From Octopus bimaculoides (Eukaryota): a stretch of 64,000 nt of DNA. The translations under genes and the position numbers were made by a program. A model generated the notes under the pieces. That model did no database searches. It was not told the DNA's origin and saw only the letters and a program-made list of their open reading frames with translations. Positions 1 through 10,150 of the stretch are shown piece after piece. The first letter of the stretch is position 1, and the number at the start of each line of letters is the position of its first letter. Location of the stretch: NCBI RefSeq assembly GCF_001194135.2, contig NC_068981.1, positions 182,408,921 through 182,472,920 on the forward strand, given 5' to 3'.

Positions 1-180
1 AAAAGCACCCACTACACTCTCTGAGTGGTTGGCGTTAGGAAGGGCATCCAGCTGTAGAAACTCTGCCAAATCAGACTGGAGCCTGGTGTTGCCATCCGGT
101 TTCACCAGTCCTCAGTCAAATCGTCCAACCCATGCTAGCATGGAAAGCGGACGTTAAACGATGATGATGATGATGATGAT
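1..180 (+). mobile_element. RTE-type retroelement 3' tail ending in (GAT)n
   Basis: CCCACTACACTCTC...CCAGCTGTAGAAACTCTGCC...GGACGTTAAACGATGATG; the same tail follows the RTE ORF end at 36630-37645. Confidence 0.8.
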
Positions 181-962
181 TGTTATATAAAATGGATCTC
201 CGTTGGTTTCGATGTTGAGTGTTTAATGTGGAAGTGGCCGAGTATTCCTGACACGTAGGCCCTTAATACAATTTTCAGAGTCAGCCTCACACAATGTGAC
301 AAGGTCGGTCCTTTCAATTACAGACGCAAAGAATCGACAGGTTTCAGCACAGTTTCCGTTTGACCAATTTCATTCATGATATTTGGCTTGACGGGGAGTA
401 TTGTAAAAGACTCTTACCCCACGACAAAATGCTGCGTGGTGCGATCGAAACCAGGACGTCGTGAATACGAAGCGGACCTCAAGATCATTCAGTTATGCTA
501 CATCCACTTTTTTCTCACATCCATCCCCCCTCCCACACACAACCATCCCCCCGATGAAGTTATAGGGTGATACACAAGCATTCAACTATTAGCGCATTGC
601 TTCTTGTAGCTGAAACAACTGTAAACAAATGCACTTTGTGACATAATTTCTTATTTTTAATTCGTTTATNNNNNNNNNNNNNNNNNNNNNNNNNNNNNNN
701 NNNNNNNNNNNNNNNNNNNNNNNNNNNNNNNNNNNNNNNNNNNNNNNNNNNNNNNNNNNNNNNNNNNNNNNNNNNNNNCACACACACACACACACACTCG
801 CACACCTCAAACCCAACCTATCTACTATCCAAATACAACGCCCCAGTCATTATGCAGCTCGTTTTGTAGATTAACGTATTTATTTTTCGTTAATGTAATT
901 TGTTTCCTTTTTATTTCGGCAAAAAAAAAAAAAAATAGAATGTAAGTAGGTATTTCAAACTC

Positions 963-968
963 TATAAA
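963..968 (+). promoter_or_regulatory. TATA box of LU/Gly-rich gene
   Basis: TATAAA about 60 nt upstream of the ATG, with an initiator-like TCAT about 30 nt downstream. Confidence 0.6.
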
Positions 969-1023
969 TACTGAATGAATGGGTTTCTAGATTCATAAGA
1001 AGTAAGTCTGAAAAACGATCAAC

Positions 1024-1072
1024 ATGTACTGCCGAAGTGCAACGTTGGTCCTTGTCTTCATCTTCTGTGCAG
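1024..1072 (+). CDS. LU/Gly-rich protein exon 1 (signal peptide)
   Basis: AAC-ATG start, hydrophobic LVLVFIFCA, donor AG|GTAAAG at 1073, phase 1. Confidence 0.82.
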
Positions 1073-4000
1073 GTAAAGTATACTAATATATTTCATGTCT
1101 TCCTTTTTGTTTGCATTAATAATATTTTCTTTGTTAATTATAATTTCTTATTTTTAATTCGTTTATTTAAATATGTATAGCCACCGTTACTTTGTGTCTG
1201 ACGTAATGAAACGAGTCCATTTTATTGAGTGACTGGCGTAGAACTGGCTGAAATTAGAGGCCGTGTGAATTCTTTTATTATAATTTTAAGAGGAGAATTT
1301 GATCTCAACTCTTCGTGTTGTTGAAATATTCTTTAATAATATATACGTTGGTCAACTCGGTAGAGTGGCGGACAGAATGATTGGGAGTATTTAGTTTCAC
1401 TTCTTTAGGTTCAGATTTCGAATCCTACAAAAGCCAAAGTTGCACCTCATCCTTTCAGTGTCGATAGACTAAGTATCTGTGCAATACTGAGGTTGGAATA
1501 ATCGACAACACGCCTCTTTCTGGATGGAATCTTTGTACCTATATCAGAAATCAATTATATACTGTTACTGACATGATGAGGTTGTTCTTACTGTTGATTA
1601 CACAACGTTTCCACTGTCTGAAGTGGAAATGAAGTCAGCGAATTTAAGTATCTTGAAAATTGTATAAACATGAGAGGATCTCCTAGGAAAATTCTAAAGT
1701 CGAGGCCCACAATCTCTTCCACGACCCTTAGAATAGTATCATAAATGTTTCTTCTTATATTTGATAGTATTTACAGCCAGATAGACAAAGACTCACTGAC
1801 CAAGGAGTTAGATTCGTAAAATCAGTAGAGCTTTGTGATACGTAGTTACGTCTCTTTACGTTCTGCATTTAAATCTCTGACAATACCAATTAGTTTCATT
1901 GTCCTCACATCTCTGACAACACCAATTAATTCAATTGCCCTCGCATCCATTATGATATGCAAACAGTCGTAGATATCTTGATGTTTATCACCTTCAGTTA
2001 CTTTCTCTTCTCAATGATCGTCAGTACAGTTTCAAGTCATATCTACTGGAAACTTACACTTCTACATCACACTGCGCTCTCATATATCCCCATAGCTAAT
2101 TATTCGGCTATGTGAGTTATATCTATTATCCCTGGTATACCTCAGGGTTCTGTTATGTATTTCACGCTCTTCTTTCTATACATGAATGACTTCACTGTTA
2201 CTTCTAAGCTCACTCTTATACAAAGAATATTACACGTTAAGGCACCTTAATGGCTAAACTTTACAATAATGTCATCTAATGGCAACCTCAAAGATCAATC
2301 TTTTCCTTTTATTCTATTTTAGTTGATGCAATAATTACCCGTTAAGTACTGGGTATAGATTGGTTGTACCGTTTCTCAAACTTTGAGGCTTTGTGCTTCA
2401 TCAATCATCAGCCAAGTGCCCTTGCTACGACCAGGGGTCAGCTTGCCAAGACTCTCCATTTCCCTCTCTGCTGTGCTGCATGCATAAACTCATCCAGGCT
2501 CTTGTTTCCAGTCCATTCTTTGACGTCGTCGTCATCTACAAATATCTTTGACGACTTTATGTCTTATGTTCTCTTCTCTTGAATACTTCCTGTCAGGATG
2601 GTCTTGGGAAATAACTCGTGGCACATTCTACGTCCAAATATGATGGGTTTGTGGACTTGATTTTCGACACTAGGCACCTTCGAACTTCCATTTTTTCTAG
2701 TACGGCAGTGTTTGTTACTTTGATTTCCAACTTATTCTGCCCAAACTGCGAGACATCTACGTCTCAAAGACATCCATTGCTCTGTGCATTGTCCAAGGTC
2801 GACACCAAAAATGTAGATCGTTTATATAATGTGGACTCTACCGAAATGAACAAGATTGTGTTTATGCTTTTTCCTACACCGATGTTATCGCAATCCTGAC
2901 ATTTTCTGTCGTCTGCCTCAAATACTCGGCTTCTTTTATTTCACTGTGTCGTGCTGTTTTAATGCTGTTGCTATTACCAAAATTTTCCTCATCTTCCTCT
3001 ACGTCAATATTTCTCAGCCTTTTGTAACTCAGCCCTTCTTCTTTCACTAGTGTAGGGTGTGCGGTGTGTGCAGACCGCACAAAGGGGTCACTCTATACAT
3101 GCATTTACTGTAGTCGAAGGTATGTTACGTTTAAGGAAGAAAGGGAAGGTCGATTTGGCTTCTTCACAGAACGGCCCTAAAATCCCAGCCTTTCACTGAA
3201 ACGATGCTTTACCAGCTCCCCGTCCAAGATTTTTTTTTTTTAATTAAAAATTTATTTTAATCAAACTGCCTTGTAGTTTATTATTCGACGGGAGTCTGAG
3301 AGCCGTAGGCTAGGGATCCAGATGAGCATTTATCTATTTAACGCGGTAGTTTGGCAAAATCATTAGAACATCGGACAAAATGCTTCGTCGTATTAGTTAC
3401 AAATCTTACAAATCCTGCCGATGTCGTTCTTATAACTGTTTCCTACCCGCTGAAATCAATACCAGTGATTATTCGTTGACAAATACATCTGATAACAGAA
3501 AGATTAAACAAAGCAATAGTCTATTTACATGTACTAGTTTATAGGATAAATAGATAATAGTAATAATCTATTTTCTACTTATTTAATACAAATCAAGTAA
3601 TATTGATGAAGTATTTTCTCCGAAACGTTTGGCTACTTCTTCCTCGCGGCTCTACTATTTGAATTATTTGTATTACTTTTTGTCCGCTAGTTTCCTTGCT
3701 CTTCACTGTATTACTGTACAATACCATATAGACTAGTGATTGTCCACCTTTTGTACTTCAGCGCTACTTTCTTTCACCTCATTCTCCAAAAGAACGTTAC
3801 TGTCCAGGTTAAGAGAAAAACCTCACTGATATAAATTAACATAAAATTTCAATTTTTTAAATTTCAGCGCCAGCGGTATGGAGCGGTTATGGAAGTTCAG
3901 GACATAGCGGTGGCGGTGGTGGTGGCGGCAACGGTGGCGGCAACGGTGGTGGCAACGGTGGTGGCGGTGGTAGTTGGTCAGGAACTGGAGGAGGAAATAA

Positions 4001-4278
4001 TCTCAAGTGTTATGATTGCCACAGTGGTTCCGCAAGTTATACTTACCAAGACTGTCCGGTCAATGGAAATTTGAACGGCAACAAATTAGCAACTGTTAAC
4101 TGTGATGGTTTGTGTTTCTCAAGAACGAGCAAATGGGAGAAAGGTGGTAAGTACATTTGAATCGAATATTTTTGCATTATCTCCCCTGGGAAAATGTGCA
4201 TATACACACATTCACATGAACTCTCTCTCTCTCTCTCTCTCTCTCTCGATCTATCTATCTCTCCCCCCTCTCTCTCTC

Positions 4279-4330
<52 letters not shown>

Positions 4331-4425
4331 TCTCCTCTCTCCCTCTCTCACACGCACAAACACGCACACACAGACACAAACACACACACACGTGCACATA
4401 CACACTCTCTCTCATTTGGTGTCAC

Positions 4426-4468
<43 letters not shown>

Positions 4469-4730
4469 TTCTTTCTCACTCTTTGTCCCTCTCTTTAAAA
4501 TTCAGTCTTACAATCCCGGCGCTTAACTTTATCTAGAAGAGATTGTCTCCTCTACGATAGTTGACCACCAGGGGCATACCATATGTAAAAATCACGAGAC
4601 TTCTCCCGCAAAATTTAAAACTGTGTGCCTCTATTTATTTATATATTATCTATTTATTCATTTTTTTTTCTTCATCCTTGGTTATTAGACCTTCAGTTTT
4701 ACTGTGTTTTTCTGTATGGAAGTGATATAG

Positions 4731-4764
<34 letters not shown>

Positions 4765-7460
4765 AATGCATTCCACAATGGATTTTCACATAGTAACTTA
4801 AAGATTCACTCACAGTAGCCATTCTATAAACCTTCAAAGGATGGTTGTGTTTGCTTAGCTCCAAGTTAACCGTTATTTGGCGGACCTATGATCAAAAGCT
4901 TTCTTCTGCAATTAGCCTATTTTCTTTAGACCATAGCATCCAATATGTCTGTTTTTGCTTTTGTTTTTTTTTGTTTTTTTTTTACAGTAGGGTGTAATTT
5001 GAGTGAGATATGGTTTCCATTCCTAGCATGTCTAGCGCCCACATAGAAGCCTCCTTATTACTTGTCCATCCGAGCGGCTTTTATTCATTATTCAAAGTTT
5101 CTTCAAAAGCGTTTAATTCATACACCTCAAGTTATATCATGCTGACGATTTCTAAACAGAATGAAATAGTACAATACCTGCTTACTAATGACTAGAAAAT
5201 TTTAGAACTTTGTAATAAGTAAACAAACAAAGTATATATATCCTATGCATCTTTTTCATTGTTATTCCTTAATTTCAAGTTCAAAATCCTAATTTTGTCA
5301 AATATTAAGAAGAAATGATTATCTCCCTTATTCTATCTGTCCGCTCAAGAACTCCGCGTATTTAATCCAATATGTTCTGTTATTGAAACTCGAACGATTA
5401 TTATAAAGACAATTGTTGTTATTGTTCAATCCCAGGTCAGCGCTGATCGAGCAAAGCCACGATCAAAGTCATTCTAGCAATGACAATTCTATGCGTTTTC
5501 TTTTTGAGTCATAGTATATCTAGGATCACTCTTTTAACGCATCCTTTTGTTTTAAGTGGATACAGTGTATTTGAAAAGAAATTTGGCTACTATTTCTCGA
5601 ATGACGAGCGACCGCAAAAAGACTCGCTCATTAGCTCATTAAAAATTGACTGAGTTGACCTAAGATCCATAGGCATTTCATCCGTGACCATCTCGTTCTT
5701 TTAAGGTTACCTATGCCAAAATTAACCAATGCATCCTTTCAATCTTTAACGACAACAGGGTGTGATTTGAAGGAGACAACTGCTTATTTCTAGCAGAGTG
5801 ACTATTTAGAGGCTCTTCTTGGTCCTGTCCGTGTTACGATAATAGCATTTTTCATTGATCAGCTTGTAATCGAAATCCATAGATTTTTATTCCATTCCTT
5901 TTTTTTTTTTTTTTNNNNNNNNNNTTTTTATTCCATTCCTTTTTTTTTTTTTTGTTCTTTCCTTCTTTGTCTAAGTCAGTTATAATCCCCTTCATATCTG
6001 GTGTGCTATATGTAAATGCAATGATAAGAATACTTCTGATTTAGTTATCACTAGTAGCGATTTGATAGAGTTGGAAGATGGATGCAAGAACAAGTAGTTT
6101 GCGTGAATGTGTAAATACAAAAATGGTTATTTATCGTTAAACAAAACAATGTGACGTCGTTACGACCAATGACTCGATAGAAATGTTTGCAGCAGTTAAA
6201 CAGTTCAACTTTGTCTAGAGAATCACAGTAGTTGTGAGAATCGTTTGTATAAGGTTAAGACGTGTGCAACCACTGGCAGCTAGCGGACAGCTAATTTTAT
6301 TTATAGGTAATATTTCTGTCAAGGAAAAAAGGTGCTGAAAACAAAATTTTAATGACATTCTCCTTCTAGTAGAGATCCAAGTGATTAGTTCTTTGCTGAC
6401 GCCATCAATAATTGAGCGAATCATGATCATTGTGATACAGTGATTTCTACCGGAGATTTGATCGGACAGATGTTTGCTGATGTCATCAAGCTCTAACAAA
6501 GTCCTGGCCATTCAAATACAGCGATCTGGATTCAATTTGTTGGAAGTGAATTGGTGTTTAGGACTCTGCCAAATATTCCTACTACAGGAATATTAAATCG
6601 TTCCCCAGAATTTTACTGCTACTTTCTTTTAGCGTTCCGTTCAGAATAAATGAGCGACAAAGATGACATCAGTCGGTTTTGACCTCAGAACATAAAAAGC
6701 CGTAAATAAAAACCGCAGGTAATTTTTTCCCATGTTCTTACCATTCTGACAATCCACCGCCTGATATTTTTTTTATCTTTTCTCTCCAGTTTCTTTTATT
6801 TTATCATCCAGTTCATTCATTTTCTTTTCAGTTATCTACAGGGGATGTTCATCAGCTTTCCCCAATTTACCGAGTCACCTGAAACCTGGATGTATCGATT
6901 TTAACGGTGAATCATGGTGCATGTGTTCGAACGATCGTTGCAACACTGATGACATGGGCAGCTACATACATGGTGGTGGTGGCGGTGGTGGAAATGGTGG
7001 TGGTGGAAATGGCGGAGGCTCATGGGGCGGTGGTGGATCATGGGGAGGTAAAAATGGTAATGGTGGAGGAGGGAAAGGTGGAAATGATGGAGGTGGATCG
7101 TGGGGTGGTGGTGGTGGTGGATCGTGGGGCGGTAGTGATGGGTCGTGGAGCGGTGGTGGATCGTGGGGTGGTGGTGGATCGTGGGGTGGTAACGGAGGTG
7201 GTGACAGTGGGTCAAAGGGTGGCCATGGAGGCGGTGGATCTTGGGGTGGTAACGGAGGTGGTGATGNNNNNNNNNNTAGTAGTGGTGGAGGTAGCAGTGG
7301 TGGCGGTAGCAGTGGTGGAGGTAGCAGTGGTGGAGGTAGCAGTGGTGGAGGTAGCAGTGGTGGAGGTAGCGGTTCATGGGGTGGTGATGGCGGTGGAAGC
7401 AGTGGAGGCGGTGGAAGTAGTGGAGGAGGCGGAAGCATCGGTGGCAGTTACGGACGTTAA
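1024..7460 (+). CDS. Secreted Ly6/uPAR (LU, three-finger; quiver/sleepless-like) domain protein with Gly-rich N- and C-terminal arms; join(1024..1072,3868..4146,6832..7460), about 318 aa including a 10-N gap
   Basis: Exons join in phase 1-1 at GT/AG sites. Protein: MYCRSATLVLVFIFCAAPAVWS (signal-like) GYGSSGHSG7N(GGGN)2G5SWSGTGGGNN LKCYDCHSGSASYTYQDCPVNGNLNGNKLATVNCDGLCFSRTSKWEKGVIYRGCSSAFPNLPSHLKPGCIDFNGESWCMCSNDRCN (10 Cys, LKCY start, CxCxxDxCN end), then a GGSW/SSGGG tail ending GGSYGR*. TATA box upstream and AATAAA downstream. Confidence 0.88.
2040..2260 (+). mobile_element. Degenerate CR1/L2-like LINE reverse transcriptase fragment
   Basis: GIPQGSVMYFTLFFLYMNDF starting at 2134, resembling GVPQGSVLGPxLFxxYxNDL. 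Confidence 0.6.
2390..3050 (-). mobile_element. Degenerate RTE-clade LINE 3' fragment
   Basis: Minus-strand pieces RIAI.., GRISWKSKVTNTAVLEKM, PKTILTGSIQEKR, DDVKEWTG; frameshifts and stops. Confidence 0.65.
3868..4146 (+). CDS. LU/Gly-rich protein exon 2 (Gly-rich arm and N-terminal half of LU domain)
   Basis: Acceptor TTTCAG ending 3867, donor G|GTAAG at 4147; 279 nt open, 5 Cys. Confidence 0.9.
4203..4470. repeat. Compound (CT)n/(CTAT)n/(CA)n microsatellite in intron 2 of the LU gene
   Basis: Read directly. Confidence 0.95.
4855..5830 (+). repeat. Three degenerate copies of a ~200-bp interspersed repeat (about 4855-5055, 5430-5640, 5645-5830); another copy near 12070-12245
   Basis: Shared blocks GACCTATGATCAAA(G)GC..TTC..GC..TGACCA and AGGGTG(T)(G/A)ATTTGA...TATTTCTAGC. 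Confidence 0.55.
6832..7460 (+). CDS. LU/Gly-rich protein exon 3 (C-terminal half of LU domain and Gly/Ser/Trp tail)
   Basis: Acceptor TTTTCAG ending 6831; in frame with track ORF 6921..7460; TAA at 7458-7460; 10 Ns at 7267-7276. Confidence 0.9.
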
Positions 7461-7572
7461 CGAAGATGATGTAAGCCATAACACGCGTTCAATCTCAAAG
7501 ACTTCAGGAACTGTCTTCAGCTTTCTTCCATATTTTCTGCGTGAGAAACTCTTCTCTGGTCTTTCATCTGTT

Positions 7573-7578
7573 AATAAA
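7573..7578 (+). terminator. Poly(A) signal of LU/Gly-rich gene
   Basis: AATAAA 113 nt after the stop codon, followed by a T-rich stretch. Confidence 0.65.
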
Positions 7579-7663
7579 ATTTCAAACTGACTTCTGGTAT
7601 CCTGTTTGTCTTTTTTCTTCTTGTTCTTTTTATTATACATCAATATGTATATACACACACACA

Positions 7664-7699
<36 letters not shown>

Positions 7700-7700
<1 letters not shown>

Positions 7701-7916
7701 GGGGTGGTGCTGAAAAGTTCCTGGCTTTGGGTAAAAGAAAGTACACGAGGATCAGTCAATTATGAGTTTATTCAATATGTTCTCCTGTCAGATTCCCGCA
7801 CTTATTGCAGCAGTCTTTCAGTTTTTCTAAATCCTGTAAAAGAACTCGGAAGGTTGGGCCACCGACTAGGCCTTTTGCGATATCCTTAAAGCCAGGACCT
7901 TTTCAACATTCCCTCG
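7700..7916. mobile_element. Mariner-type MITE
   Basis: Imperfect TIRs CGGGGTGGTGCTGAAAAGTTCCTGGCTTT / AAAGCCAGGACCTTTTCAACATTCCCTCG followed by TA; second copy at 52463-52664. Confidence 0.75.
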
Positions 7917-8175
7917 TATCTATCTATCTATCTATCTATATATATNNNNNNNNNNNNNNNNNNNNNNNNNNNNNNNNNNNNNNNNNNNNNNNNNNNNNNN
8001 NNNNNNNNNNNNNNNNNNNNNNNNNNNNNNNNNNNNNNNNNNNNNNNNNNNNNNNNNNNNNNNNNNNNNNNNNNNNNNNNNNNNNNNNNNNNNNNNNNNN
8101 NNNNNNNNNNNNNNNNNNNNNNNNNNNNNNNNNNNNNNNNNNNNNNNNNNNNNNNNNNNNNNNNNNNNNNNNNNG

Positions 8176-8330
8176 GTTGGCGGAGGTTGGCGAGAGAGAT
8201 TTTGGAGGTTAGCGAGAGAGTTTGACAAGAGAGGTTGTCGAGAATGATTGTCGGAGGTTGGCGAGAGAGGTTGTCGGAGATTGGCGACAGAAGTTGTCGG
8301 AGGTTGGCAAGAGAGGTTGTCGGAGGGAGA
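8176..8330. repeat. G-rich ~23-bp minisatellite (GTTGTCGGAGGTTGGCGAGAGAG)n next to a gap
   Basis: About 6-7 imperfect units visible after the N run. Confidence 0.8.
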
Positions 8331-8879
8331 GGCATCTTTGTTCCAAAATTTCAGTCTTGCAGGGCTTCGTGATACACAATGTTTTTGGTTTTGCTGTTGG
8401 GTGTATAGATGAATAAATTTTCCGGATTTCAAACGCTAGAGCATCCGACATAGAGCTGTCCGTGAGAAAAAGCAGGATTGGGAACACCTATTAAATACGT
8501 TCTGAAATCAAAATTTATCTACTGTCATCGAATAAGTTTAACAGGAAAAATGCAGAATTATCGGAGTTATGGGCATTCAAAGTGTAATCAAATTTAATTG
8601 AAAACCTAATTTATCAAAGCTAATATATAAATGTAGCATACATAAGCGAAAAAAGTATGTATGTATATAAATGTATGAAATAAGTCTTTAATATTTAAGA
8701 TTCAAATCAAGAAAGTTTTGCAGTTCAAAACTTTTGAGTAGTGAAATGCAGAATTAGGTCCGCTGATCGTGAGAATCAAATATTGATCTCTTCGCTAAAA
8801 ACTGACAATTGTAAGTACAGGTGCTTTGGGTTAATTCCCTTAGGTGTTTAACTAAAAAATATTAGTTATATATAGTACA

Positions 8880-9071
8880 TATAAGGAACCCTTTCAGAAG
8901 CCCTATTATCATTTTTTTTTTCAACAATCTAAGTATGTCAAGAGGTTTCCAGACACGAGTTCTACTCACGTGTCAAGTTTCATCAAAATCGATAAAACGA
9001 TGTAAGAGTTAGCTAACAACTCCACAAAACAAACACACCCACATACAGAATTTCCCACATATGTAGTAGAT
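8880..9071 (+). mobile_element. Possible Helitron/Helentron-like non-autonomous element 3' end
   Basis: AAGTTTCATCAAAATCG...ACAAACACACCCACATAC...TAGTAGAT end resembles such elements; not verified. Confidence 0.35.
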
Positions 9072-9074
9072 ACA

Positions 9075-10150
9075 TATTAAAAATGGGGAAGGGTGGTTTA
9101 TGGGATTGCCTTAGGTTTCCCGTCCATAGAAGGTATAACTTTATGGGGTATTGTCAGATCTCAATAACCTATTGGTCCATGACCTCTTAAAAATATTGAG
9201 GGGAAAATGCCTCACTACTCAAAGGTAACAGTTGGGATTATCTTCCTTTGCTACTGGCTATCGACTTCCGGTTGTGCCCTCGTCATGTAGGCTCCAAAAA
9301 GCTAGCAGGAACCTCCTAAAATGTAAACATGGCCTGAAAATCTCCGTTCTGGAGTTAAGGATGTTCCCTGGTTCGAGTGAGTCTTTTAGGATTCTCGCAC
9401 GTTCAGCTATGCTTAATTTTCAACGCTTTGTCTCGTTGATGTAGGGGCCTGGGTTCTCGAGGATTTTCCATGAGATCGAGTATGGAATCCCATCGTCTCT
9501 TAGTTGCCAGACGTGACTGGCCAGTGACGTTACGTATCTCCTTTCGGAACTCTGAAGGAGGACCTGTAGTTGGAGAGACGTTGCTGGAAAGAGTTCCCGG
9601 AACATCCAATGTATCACTGTGGGCGTGTGTTGTTGGTGCTGTACCTGCTGATACTGTTGTTGTTGTTGCTGCTGCTGATGCCATTGTTGTTGCTGGAGCT
9701 GAGACTGCTGGTGTTGGCGTCGCTGGAAGTGGTGGTGGGGCGTCGGTAATGGTATCGCCACTGCCGGTTATGGTTGAAGGCGCTGTTGTTATTGTGATCT
9801 TCGTCATTAGTGGGAGAGTTACCATTGCTGCTAGAGGTGTCATTAGCTGTGGTTCTATTGATGCCTCTGTTAGGGCCATTGTCGCTGCAGCTGCTGTTGT
9901 CATTGCTGCCATTATTTCTGGCAGTGGCACTGGACCTGTTGCTGCTGCTATAGGCGTTGTCAGGTCTGCTGCTGTGGACGTTAGGGAAGCTGTTGATAAT
10001 GCTGGTGCTGATGGCGATGCTGCTGTTGTTGTTACTGCTGTCTTTGCCATTGGGGGAACTGCCAATGCTGTCACTGGTGCTGTTATTGCTATTGTAGCCA
10101 ATGTTGTTAACTGCAGCAATGGTGGCGGTATCGCTGGTTCTGTTCTCATG
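9075..10150 (-). mobile_element. Penelope-like element fragment: low-complexity segment, C-terminal GIY-YIG region and terminal repeat remnant
   Basis: RRYVTSLASHVWQLRDDGIPYSISWKILENPGPYINETKR*KLSIAERARI...LNSRTEIFRPCLHFRRFLL (9259-9560), with a stop at the expected Cys; hammerhead-like remnant at 9097-9167. Confidence 0.75.
9097..9167 (-). ncRNA. Degenerate type I hammerhead ribozyme-like motif
   Basis: Minus strand: TTATTGAGAT-CTGACAA-(hairpin)-GAAAC-CTAAGG-CA-ATCCCATAA; core bases mutated. Confidence 0.45.

Noticed and set aside
643-669. 27-nt exact duplicate of 1140-1166 at a contig edge
   Set aside because: It ends exactly at an N gap and is AT-rich; most likely a scaffolding or gap-fill artefact.
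5885-5950. Direct repeats flanking 10-N gaps (also at 32405-32530 and 48445-48530)
   Set aside because: Identical sequence on both sides of tiny gaps is typical of unmerged overlapping contig ends, not real tandem duplication.
6962-7438. Poly-proline (formin/extensin-like) ORF and His-rich ORF (6901-7479) on the - strand
   Set aside because: Antisense shadows of GGT/GGA Gly codons; no splice or start context, and the + strand frame completes the LU domain.
6907-7590. 227-aa Val/Glu-rich + strand ORF
   Set aside because: Alternative frame of the same Gly repeat; not in phase with the upstream exons.
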